Of a DNA stretch of 64,000 nucleotides, positions 40,001-52,000 are shown in pieces. This DNA is from Macrostomum hystrix. Its lineage: Eukaryota > Animalia > Platyhelminthes. Both the position numbers and the translations under genes were made by a program. The notes under the pieces were generated by a model, which was not told the origin of the DNA, searched no databases, and was given only the letters and a program-made list of their open reading frames with translations. Location of the stretch: positions 2,170,001 through 2,234,000 of the forward strand of contig CATNEN010000007.1 of the NCBI GenBank assembly GCA_950097015.1. The letters are read 5' to 3'. The number at the start of each line of letters is the position of its first letter. Within the stretch, counting starts at the first letter, position 1.

Positions 40001-43000
40001 ACTCTTGGCGTCGCCGAGTTCCCTAGCTATGGACGAAACGCTGCTGCGCGACAGCTGTGTCGAGAGGCGCCAAGAAAGGCTGCCTACTGCTACATCGAGG
40101 CGCCGCCACTCTACACAGAAGTAACACTCAGTGCATATTCCTACAATAATTTTGCTCCGGCGGTGCCACACAAATCTGGATACCTATTGTTGACGATGGA
40201 AAACGCGTACATGTATGTCAACCTCAGACAGCCAGGAAGCGTGAGCCTAGTTTGTCGATCGTGGAACGGACTGCTGCCGACGCCCGACACGCCAGTAACT
40301 GACAATGACTACTTTGGAGATGAGATTCTCCGCATCGGCTACAGTCTGCTCTGCGGCTACGGCAGTGAGCCGTGTCTGGCCACCAAGAATTGCATTGCCA
40401 TCGGAAATCCATGTCGCCGGAGCTTAAACTGCAGTCTAGCGGTGAGTTTTGAGGCTTGCAAAAGTAACAGTGCTGATTGGGGTGCTTCTCTGTTTTTGCT
40501 TCCTTCTGCGACTGTTACATTGAAAGAGCATCATTTTTGCTATATTACAATTTCAAGGCTATAGAATCTGCTGACTAAATTAGGTTGAAAACTGAGCACA
40601 TTCTATACGTACACTATACACTATACGTACACTAGCTTCAAGCGCCTCTCCCAGTGAATGCTAGGCGTCGATCGGCCAACCTAAAATGTGACTACTGTAT
40701 GGCCAAACATTGGACTTTTACAGGAGCAGATGGACTGTGCTGCGGCCAACGCTTGCCTGAATGTGAGCAACTGCTTGAACAGGATGGCCGAGATGGAGCA
40801 GCAGTGTGCAGCAAATGACCAGGTGAGGTCTCTCTTTCTCGTGTCGATCGATATATTTGCAAGTTTCACGCCCTGTGCGCTCAGCTATAGCTAATGAGAA
40901 ACTGCTTCCAATGACTAATAGGTATTTTGCGACACAATTGCAGAACTTTTGCGTAAAGCAAGTAGTGTGCTACAATCGGACGTTATACCTGCCCTACGCG
41001 ACCTGCGACTATGGTAGCGACTATTGCAACACCTCGATAAGCGCCAACAGCAGTGGAGCTGGTGAAAAAGTTCGCTGCTATGCCGGATTCAACCTGTGCC
41101 TCACTCGGGAACAGTGCGTCGAAGCAGCCGCAAAGAGGTCGTGCCCCAGCAACGGGACCATCATCACATCTGTCTCGTCGAGCAACTCCTGCTTTGTGCC
41201 GCCAGATGTGGAGCTTCGCTTTACCCTACTGGAACAGGCTGGCCCAGGTGTGATGAGGCTTGGCTCGCACCTGCTCGACAGCAGTCGCATCAACCAGGAA
41301 ATTCAGCTAAACAGATCTATTGACAACAACAGCTGCGTGAGTGCGGATGCGCAGGCGCTTGCTGGCTACACTGGATCTAATGCTAGCCTGTCATGGGTGA
41401 AGCTGAGGATGCGTCTCATTGACAGGCAGGGCAGAGTGATTGCACAATGCCAGCCAACCTATGGATTCCTGCTGCCACCAAAGTCGCGTCCAGCAGCATC
41501 CGCATTCCCGACAGTTGTGCTGCAGAAGAACAGCACCGGAAGTGGCTACTACTACTACAGCGGCTACTACTACACCGACTACGTGTACCCGTCGAGTCTG
41601 CTGCGCACAGCTGCAAACGAATCGAATGCAACAGTGGCACCGTGGTGTGACACTCTTGGCGTCGCCGAGTTCCCTAGCTATGGACGAAACGCTGCTGCGC
41701 GACAGCTGTGTCGAGAGGCGCCAAGAAAGGCTGCCTACTGCTACATCGAGGCGCCGCCACTCTACACAGAAGTAACACTCAGTGCATATTCCTACAATAA
41801 TTTTGCTCCGGCGGTGCCACACAAATCTGGATACCTATTGTTGACGATGGAAAACGCGTACATGTATGTCAACCTCAGACAGCCAGGAAGCGTGAGCCTA
41901 GTTTGTCGATCGTGGAACGGACTGCTGCCGACGCCCGACACGCCAGTAACTGACAATGACTACTTTGGAGATGAGATTCTCCGCATCGGCTACAGTCTGC
42001 TCTGCGGCTACGGCAGTGAGCCGTGTCTGGCCACCAAGAATTGCATTGCCATCGGAAATCCATGTCGCCGGAGCTTAAACTGCAGTCTAGCGGTGAGTTT
42101 TGAGGCTTGCAAAAGTAACAGTGCTGATTGGGGTGCTTCTCTGTTTTTGCTTCCTTCTGCGACTGTTACATTGAAAGAGCATCATTTTTGCTATATTACA
42201 ATTTCAAGGCTATAGAATCTGCTGACTAAATTAGGTTGAAAACTGAGCACATTCTATACGTACACTATACACTATACGTACACTAGCTTCAAGCGCCTCT
42301 CCCAGTGAATGCTAGGCGTCGATCGGCCAACCTAAAATGTGACTACTGTATGGCCAAACATTGGACTTTTACAGGAGCAGATGGACTGTGCTGCGGCCAA
42401 CGCTTGCCTGAATGTGAGCAACTGCTTGAACAGGATGGCCGAGATGGAGCAGCAGTGTGCAGCAAATGACCAGGTGAGGTCTCTCTTTCTCGTGTCGATC
42501 GATATATTTGCAAGTTTCACGCCCTGTGCGCTCAGCTATAGCTAATGAGAAACTGCTTCCAATGACTAATAGGTATTTTGCGACACAATTGCAGAACTTT
42601 TGCGTAAAGCAAGGAGTGTGCTACAATCGGACGTTATACCTGCCCTACGCGACCTGCGACTATGGTAGCGACTATTGCAACACCTCGATAAGCGCCAACA
42701 GCAGTGGAGCTGGTGAAAAAGTTCGCTGCTATGCCGGATTCAACCTGTGCCTCACTCGGGAACAGTGCGTCGAAGCAGCCGCAAAGAGGTCGTGCCCCAG
42801 CAACGGGACCATCATCACATCTGTCTCGTCGAGCAACTCCTGCTTTGTGCCGCCAGATGTGGAGCTTCGCTTTACCCTACTGGAACAGGCTGGCCCAGGT
42901 GTGATGAGGCTTGGCTCGCACCTGCTCGACAGCAGTCGCATCAACCAGGAAATTCAGCTAAACAGATCTATTGACAACAACAGCTGCGTGAGTGCGGATG

Positions 43001-46000
43001 CGCAGGCGCTTGCTGGCTACACTGGATCTAATGCTAGCCTGTCATGGGTGAAGCTGAGGATGCGTCTCATTGACAGGCAGGGCAGAGTGATTGCACAATG
43101 CCAGCCAACCTATGGATTCCTGCTGCCACCAAAGTCGCGTCCAGCAGCATCCGCATTCCCGACAGTTGTGCTGCAGAAGAACAGCACCGGAAGTGGCTAC
43201 TACTACTACAGCGGCTACTACTACACCGACTACGTGTACCCGTCGAGTCTGCTGCGCACAGCTGCAAACGAATCGAATGCAACAGTGGCACCGTGGTGTG
43301 ACACTCTTGGCGTCGCCGAGTTCCCTAGCTATGGACGAAACGCTGCTGCGCGACAGCTGTGTCGAGAGGCGCCAAGAAAGGCTGCCTACTGCTACATCGA
43401 GGCGCCGCCACTCTACACAGAAGTAACACTCAGTGCATATTCCTACAATAATTTTGCTCCGGCGGTGCCACACAAATCTGGATACCTATTGTTGACGATG
43501 GAAAACGCGTACATGTATGTCAACCTCAGACAGCCAGGAAGCGTGAGCCTAGTTTGTCGATCGTGGAACGGACTGCTGCCGACGCCCGACACGCCAGTAA
43601 CTGACAATGACTACTTTGGAGATGAGATTCTCCGCATCGGCTACAGTCTGCTCTGCGGCTACGGCAGTGAGCCGTGTCTGGCCACCAAGAATTGCATTGC
43701 CATCGGAAATCCATGTCGCCGGAGCTTAAACTGCAGTCTAGCGGTGAGTTTTGAGGCTTGCAAAAGTAACAGTGCTGATTGGGGTGCTTCTCTGTTTTTG
43801 CTTCCTTCTGCGACTGTTACATTGAAAGAGCATCATTTTTGCTATATTACAATTTCAAGGCTATAGAATCTGCTGACTAAATTAGGTTGAAAACTGAGCA
43901 CATTCTATACGTACACTATACACTATACGTACACTAGCTTCAAGCGCCTCTCCCAGTGAATGCTAGGCGTCGATCGGCCAACCTAAAATGTGACTACTGT
44001 ATGGCCAAACATTGGACTTTTACAGGAGCAGATGGACTGTGCTGCGGCCAACGCTTGCCTGAATGTGAGCAACTGCTTGAACAGGATGGCCGAGATGGAG
44101 CAGCAGTGTGCAGCAAATGACCAGGTGAGGTCTCTCTTTCTCGTGTCGATCGATATATTTGCAAGTTTCACGCCCTGTGCGCTCAGCTATAGCTAATGAG
44201 AAACTGCTTCCAATGACTAATAGGTATTTTGCGACACAATTGCAGAACTTTTGCGTAAAGCAAGGAGTGTGCTACAATCGGACGTTATACCTGCCCTACG
44301 CGACCTGCGACTATGGTAGCGACTATTGCAACACCTCGATAAGCGCCAACAGCAGTGGAGCTGGTGAAAAAGTTCGCTGCTATGCCGGATTCAACCTGTG
44401 CCTCACTCGGGAACAGTGCGTCGAAGCAGCCGCAAAGAGGTCGTGCCCCAGCAACGGGACCATCATCACATCTGTCTCGTCGAGCAACTCCTGCTTTGTG
44501 CCGCCAGATGTGGAGCTTCGCTTTACCCTACTGGAACAGGCTGGCCCAGGTGTGATGAGGCTTGGCTCGCACCTGCTCGACAGCAGTCGCATCAACCAGG
44601 AAATTCAGCTAAACAGATCTATTGACAACAACAGCTGCGTGAGTGCGGATGCGCAGGCGCTTGCTGGCTACACTGGATCAAATGCTAGCCTGTCATGGGT
44701 GAAGCTGAGGATGCGTCTCATTGACAGGCAGGGCAGAGTGATTGCACAATGCCAGCCAACCTATGGATTCCTGCTGCCACCAAAGTCGCGTCCAGCAGCA
44801 TCCGCATTCCCGACAGTTGTGCTGCAGAAGAACAGCACCGGAAGTGGCTACTACTACTACAGCGGCTACTACTACACCGACTACGTGTACCCGTCGAGTC
44901 TGCTGCGCACAGCTGCAAACGAATCGAATGCAACAGTGGCACCGTGGTGTGACACTCTTGGCGTCGCCGAGTTCCCTAGCTATGGACGAAACGCTGCTGC
45001 GCGACAGCTGTGTCGAGAGGCGCCAAGAAAGGCTGCCTACTGCTACATCGAGGCGCCGCCACTCTACACAGAAGTAACACTCAGTGCATATTCCTACAAT
45101 AATTTTGCTCCGGCGGTGCCACACAAATCTGGATACCTATTGTTGACGATGGAAAACGCGTACATGTATGTCAACCTCAGACAGCCAGGAAGCGTGAGCC
45201 TAGTTTGTCGATCGTGGAACGGACTGCTGCCGACGCCCGACACGCCAGTAACTGACAATGACTACTTTGGAGATGAGATTCTCCGCATCGGCTACAGTCT
45301 GCTCTGCGGCTACGGCAGTGAGCCGTGTCTGGCCACCAAGAATTGCATTGCCATCGGAAATCCATGTCGCGAATATTTAAGCTGTGGAGTTGTAAGTTTT
45401 TTGTAGTTTGGATTGTGTTTTAGTCAGTCTCTTTGGTTTTGCTTTTTATTAGTGATGTAGTACTATGTCTTGTTTTGCTTTTCTTGAAGCAACTCGCCGT
45501 GTACTATTAGTACCCTTTGGGTGATGTGATTTGAAAACTAATTAGCGTGTTTTTTCAGGTTGTGTGTCCCGGAAGCAAACTTCTATTGTGTTATTCCTCT
45601 TGTATTTCGTCTCTTCTTGAGCTGCGATCGCGGTGCAGCTTGTCCGACAAGGTGTGTTTGATTAAATAAAATTGTTCTTAATCTCAGGGTGACTTTTCTG
45701 TAAAAAATTCTGTAAGCATAAATTTTATATACAGGATTTTTGTCCGTCGACTGCGAAATGTGGCGTTGTTTCTTCGGAGAGTTGTCCGGCGCTGTCTGCA
45801 AATTTAACACAATGTGGGGACGAGAATAAGGTGCGATTAGTAGCTTTTTTGCTCTAATAATACTTTTACATTAGCTTTTACAATAACTTTTAAACATTAG
45901 TTGTGCAACTTCCAGTACTCTTCTTACCTACCAACAGAAATGGACTGCAGAGCTATCAAATGCAATGTGGGCCCCATTCTAGCACTCTGAGCCATGATTT

Positions 46001-49000
46001 AATTCAGCTGTCTTTATTATTCCTAATATCATTCTCCCTGCCTGCTCTCTCAGTTGTCTATTATCAGTTTTGTAGACTAGAGTACTTCTCAGTTGCATAA
46101 TATGTCCTAAATCATTATTTGCGCTAAATGGAGAAGAAAATGAACTCATGGGTTTAATTACCTTTTTCCGCACGAATTCATTCGCAGACCGCCTGCCCGC
46201 ACGCATTCGGTGCCTGCCTTGATTTTGCCAGCTGCCGGCAGCTGTGTCCTCGCTCTGACCGACTCCTGCCAGCTGCCCAGCTCGTTTCAGACTTCAAGAC
46301 CCTGTACAGAGATGCAGCGGACTCCGGCGTCTGCCGCACCGGCCATCTACTGGGTGCCGCTTCTGCTGCCAGCCTCCGCGTGCTCTCTGCGGTGCCGGCT
46401 GGTGTAGAAATGGAGCTCGACGGGCTCAGGGTCAACATGAGCGGCAGGCCGGTGATGATCGGTCGGGACAGCTGCTTCCAGATCCGTGCTAACAGCTACC
46501 AAAATGTGGCTGTCAACGTTACTTACTCCTTGCAACTGTCAGACGGCTCCGAATGTATCCTGAGGGCCACAGTGCTTCTGCCGCCAAGAGCAGCGCCTTC
46601 CAATGTGACTGCGATCAGAAGCAGTCTCAGCTTGCAGGACACCTCAGCTCTGGATGTGGCGCTCTCCACTGTGCTGTCAGCGTCGCCCTCTGCATTCCCT
46701 GGGAATGACGTGTGCAATCTGCAACTGAACAATCCACTCGACTTGCATGCTGAGAGAAGCGCCTGCAGGGCCCGCTCTGGCGTTGAGGCCTCAATTGCTA
46801 GCGGTGTTTTCTGCTACTACCTTGTGCCACCTGAGGGGTTAGTATTCCTTAGTTCTACGTTGTACTGAATTTTTTCTCTTTTCACTCTATTTAGACGTAT
46901 ATTTTATATATGCTCTAGCCTGGCCTAGCTATTTCAAGAAAGCCCCAGCAGTTTTTTATGAGTTAAATGACTTTATGAAGTACGTTTACGAGCTATATAC
47001 TCATGCGCGAGTATGTCCGAGATTTTGTACTTTTTATTCCTTCAAAATAGAGAATAATTTTTATTCCTACAAAATAGGGAATAATGGGACGTAGGGGTAC
47101 TTGACTTACTTGACTTTGCTGCAGGGCGGTCCGAAGACTCAGTGGGGAGGCGACAGTCACCCATTTCGCTAATCCATGAAAAGCCCGCTTCAGCCAATTG
47201 TTCGGGGCCAGTCAAGGAGATCCGTGGCCGGTCTTTCCTGCAGCGTATTCCTCGCTAGGGAAGAAGGATGCTCCTCTGGTAGCCCTCCGGAGGAGCCGTA
47301 AGATGCTCTCGGATCTGCAAACGTCTTCTATGGATGGGTTCGGTCCAAGGTGATTTATCCTCTCTTTATTAAATAAATAGCAGTGACCGAAGAAGTGTAG
47401 GGCACCCCATTCTCGAGCATTCAGGATGCATACAGCTCGTTCCGAAGGTCTCCCCGGAGGAAGCAGTGCCTGGCATAGCAGCCAAGGCCTATAAGGGTCA
47501 TGGTGACGGCTCGGATTTCCTTCCGGATATGGTTCAGGAGGACCTTCCGGAGCCGGGTGGCTGGAACCCGGACCACCGCTCTGGATTGGCGGCATGTACA
47601 GGACAAAATGGTTGTCGGAATTAAAGATGATTGTCTTGCCTCAAATTTTCTTTTGGCTCAGTTTTGTGGGACAGAAGCTGAGGACTAAGAATTCATTTTG
47701 AAAAAAAAGTACATGAATTTCCAGTGTGTTGGGCGTCGGTGGCGATGACATGCCCATTGATGAGGATGCAGACCCCGAAACCGGCATTACCGTCTTTCAT
47801 GGAATCCGTACGTGTACAATGGACCTCCTGGGCTCTCCAGTGGACCACTCTAGCTTGCTGCCAGTAGGGATTGAGAACCTTGAAGCGGTTAGGACGGTGA
47901 TTCCGTTGCACATCCCGACATACTTTGGGTAGAGGGCTGTGTGTGGTGCGAGCTTTCGGTGTGGATTAAAGCGCACCCCAGCGTCGAGGAGGCACCGGGT
48001 GGCTTTTTGCGGCCTCGCTGTGGATATAACGATCAAGCGGGAGAATATTTAAAAATGCGTTAAGACCGTCAAAAGGGGAAGATGGCGGCGCGCTCATGAT
48101 CATGCGACACGCGTGGCCCTGCACTCTCATGGCATGTCTTTAGGTGCAGGGCGCTGGCTGCATAACTGCTTATCCAGCGGTTATAAATTTGGGTGGCTTG
48201 TAGCGGCTCCAGTCAATGGACTAAACAGCGCCGCGCAATAGCTGTACGTCTAACTCCTTCAATTAATCTACCTTTTCGGTCAAGGTGCCTTTAAGTTTAA
48301 GGCATACTTTGCTTTACTTTTTCGGATTAAGATACATTTTCACACTCGATGAGCTCCATGTTGTTTTTAGTACCTGATTATTATCCAAGAAGTAATTAAA
48401 TAGTAGCAATTTATAAATAAAATTTGTTCAGATCTTGCGCAGTGCATCAGTAGTTTTCAAAGCTTCCTCATTTTTCTTCTATTTGCTTTCCTATCTATTT
48501 CAGGCCTGATATTTATGGAAATTTGACCTTCCGAAGCACAGTTTCGTCCATCATCATCAGCGAGTATCGTGGAGGCTTTCTGGTGCCCAGTCCCGAGCAG
48601 GCCTACATGCGCTTTGAGCCCAATCGCAATGCGGCAACAAAGACCTTCGTTCTAGTTTGTCAGGGCTGGAGCGGTCTACCTCCGCTGGTGAGTTACACCA
48701 GCTCAGGCTCTCTAGTTGTTTCTGCTCTACCTTCTACGGCACTCGGAAACCAAGTGAGAATCACAATCAGCGTGCTGCACCTAGACCAGCCTCCAGTTGT
48801 GAACAAAAACTTCTTCACATCTGGAGTCCTTCGAGACAGTGAGAGCGAGTACGTGAGCCTCCGCTTGCAGCGGGAGCGAGGCTTCATGCTGCAAAGACAC
48901 GGCGAGACTGTCGCCAGTCAGATCCGGATCGGCGATATGGTATCCATGTTCTTCTGCGACGATGACACTTTCGATTTGGGGGCTCTGGTACTGCAGGCCG

Positions 49001-52000
49001 TCAGCGACAGTAGATTCGGCATTTTCGAATATCTCCTGCCAGGTGCGGTCTCGTGGCAGCTTCTAAATGTCTCTGCAGATAAACCGCAGTACGCCCAGTA
49101 TCGAATGCTCTCACGCTTCAAAGATCAATCCAGGACTGCAGATGCGTTTTCAACCATTCAGTGCGCTGGCAGCATCTCATCGACGTTGCCACTGAGCTTG
49201 CAAAATGCCCAGCTGTCCGACTTTCTCGCTGATGACATCAATGGAACCGGGCTCATAAGTGCCATATACCTGCCACCCAACGCTACTCTCCGGTACTCAC
49301 CGATTGCTCCGGCTTCGTGGTCCCGCAGTCGTGTCGTCATTGCCTTCACAGCGGCCGAGAAGCTCGCTGCCCAGCAACAGGTCCAAATCAACCCATTGCT
49401 TGTCAGCAGCGTTGTTAACAAAAGCTCAGCCGCCGGCTGGGCAGTGGCTCGTCCGATAACCATTGGATGTGATAATCAGCCATGGTCGGGGCTTCAGACT
49501 GATGTGTGCAGCGTTTGTGGAGGAAATGGTCGCTCCTGCATAGACTGCCACGGCGACGCTAATGGCACTGCGATCTGGAACGACTGTGGCTACTGCGTTG
49601 GAGGTAAAACGAGCAGAGGCCTGCGATACGGCAAAGACTGCTCTGGTCAGTGCAACGGGACGTTTGTGTCGCCAATGCCCGGCCTCTGCTACAACTCAAG
49701 CCGATTCCCAACTTCCGATGAGTATATTCGGTCTGTATGGTGCGATGGCGTGGTGAACAGCACGGCTTACATCAATAAGTGCGGCTTCTGCACAGAGGGC
49801 AGCACCGGAAAGCCCGCCACCTTTGGTATTGGCCCCTGCGGCTGCGGAAACGACACTTCCTGCATCACCGGCTGCGACGGTGTCGCTCAGACGTCTGCTT
49901 TACTTCGAAAGAGTTTTGACAAGTGCGCCCGGTGCCTGCTGCCTACTGACTCTCAGCGAGACATCTGTCCCAGCATTCGCTTTATCATCAGCCCACAAGT
50001 CTGCGTTGGATCCTACGGCACTGACCAGCAAGTGACAGTCATCAGCAGCGCTGTTAACATCACTATCAGCTCGATCACTCTGCGCTTACTTCGGGTGTCC
50101 GATCGGGTGAGGCTACCGGGAACTGCATACTAGAACATTTTATTGAGCAAATACCCCGTTAGAAGTAAAATAATTCTAAGCCTTTAGTGAGTGTCTTGCT
50201 GGTCGCATATTTCCGAATTTCCTATTTCAGTCGTTCTATTTGGAGCTTCAGTCCAAGTCCATCGACGCCTCATCTGGTGTGTTTACCTTCTGGGTACCAG
50301 CGGGTCTCGTATCGGGTCAGTACTTGCTGCAGGCAAAGTACACCACCTCGACAGGAGTGAATGTTACCGCGGATGTCTCCGGCGGCCAACTGACTGTGTT
50401 TGGACCACCCAGCCTGTCTAGCTTTGGAATTGGCAGCTCAATCAACGTTGAGGACCGAGTTCTGTCACTACCAGTGAGCGGGCAAGGATTCGCAAACAGG
50501 TCAGATCTTGCCTGCCTTTTGTACTGCGACAGTCTTAGTCGTCACACCAGCTGTGACCCGCGCACCAGCTTTTTGACTGTACCGGCAAAGTTTGTGAGCG
50601 AGAGAAGCGTCATTTGCGACATCTCGGCATTGGCTGAAGTAAAACAGCCGCTTCAGTGGAGGCTCAGTGTCATGTCCTGCCAGCCGCAGCATCTCACAAA
50701 TGACGCCTACGCGGTGTTCAGGTAAGCCACCTGGCACATCAATACTTCGAACCTTCCACGCTCCACGGTATTAAATCCTATCACGTGTTCTCATCCCTTA
50801 GATAATATCATAATATTTACGAGTATTAGCTCTTATCGCTGATTGCAGATTTGATCTTTGAAATCATCAATTTTCAGCATTACAGCAGATTTGTAAGATT
50901 TGCAGCATCAGATTTACCAGCAGTAAATTATGTGGAATTCAGGGGCGAACATACTCCAGACCGCAAAACGGGCAAAAAAAACGGAACGACCGTCTCAATT
51001 AGTCAAAGCCTGTTAAAATTTGTGTATTTGATTACCTTTACTAACTGGTGTGACGTGTCTCACTTACAAAAACTTGCTTAAAATTTGCGCCCTAAAACAG
51101 ACAACACTCTCTGGTGCTTTCCATCCGCTCGAGTCGAGGCCCAGTACTTCGATCGGCCACCGAAGATGCAAGTGGCTACTTTCTTCGCCTGCAGTTTGAC
51201 ACCAATATCCAGCTCCGCCAAGCATCTTGCTCAGCCATACTTGACGCTGCAAGCCTCGCACTGATGGGCTCGGAGCCTGAGTGCTACACGATTGCCAACA
51301 ATCTCATCCTGCGGAAAGGCCGGAACGCTTCAGCCTGTGCTGGCTCGCGGATCAGCCTGAATCCGAATGTTGTGTACGTGCAGGGCTGCGACTTTAACTT
51401 GGCTGCGAGTTCAAGCGTCAGCAACGCTGTTCTAGCAGGGAGCAGTCGGGAGCCGCCTACCATTGCTCTATTAGGATTGTCGCCAGATGCAGATCAGGTG
51501 GCCACTGTTGGAAACTGCGACAGCTTCCAGCTGTACGCCATTGTTAGGAACTCAATGGTGCGTCGCATCACGTGGGATATTCAGTGCGCCAGTGGGTCTG
51601 CATGCGAGCCGTCTCAGCTCGCTACTTTCAGGTCCAAGTTCAGCACCGACTTTGCGTATTACATTGGAACCGACGTAAGTAGCACAACGAAAATATGTTT
51701 TTCAAGTATTAGTAACAGAGAATATTAGTAACTACGAGAATACAAAAACTCCTACCTTTTGCGGCACGTACTATTGCGTCAAAATCGTATAGCCCTAGAA
51801 ACTAACAGATTGAGAGAAACGCACAGTTACAGGGGTGGAGAGACGGAGAGGGAGAGAAAGCATTATATGGCAGGCAGTGGCCTCAATAAAAAATCACAAG
51901 TTAGGAACTGGAAGTGCGGAGCCTAACCATTCACTTTTGCATTATAAATCAATGTTAGTATGCATTCCGACTGTCCCTCAAGATTCCTCCTGGAGAATCC

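Noticed and set aside
19590-45365. Recurrent short alternate-frame and antisense ORFs (62-143 aa) in every unit
   Set aside because: Shadow ORFs of GC-rich coding exons; they recur only because the DNA is repeated.
19236-45370. CRISPR-like or non-coding satellite array
   Set aside because: No spacers; the unit is 1,651 bp and mostly coding exon homologous to gene 1.
19394-45406. Sixteen separate 452-aa genes, as in the ORF track
   Set aside because: Each ORF starts and ends in intron sequence, bounded by strong splice sites (ttgcag|AAC, GCG|gtgagt). There is no signal peptide per copy, and gene 1 shows the same exon structure.
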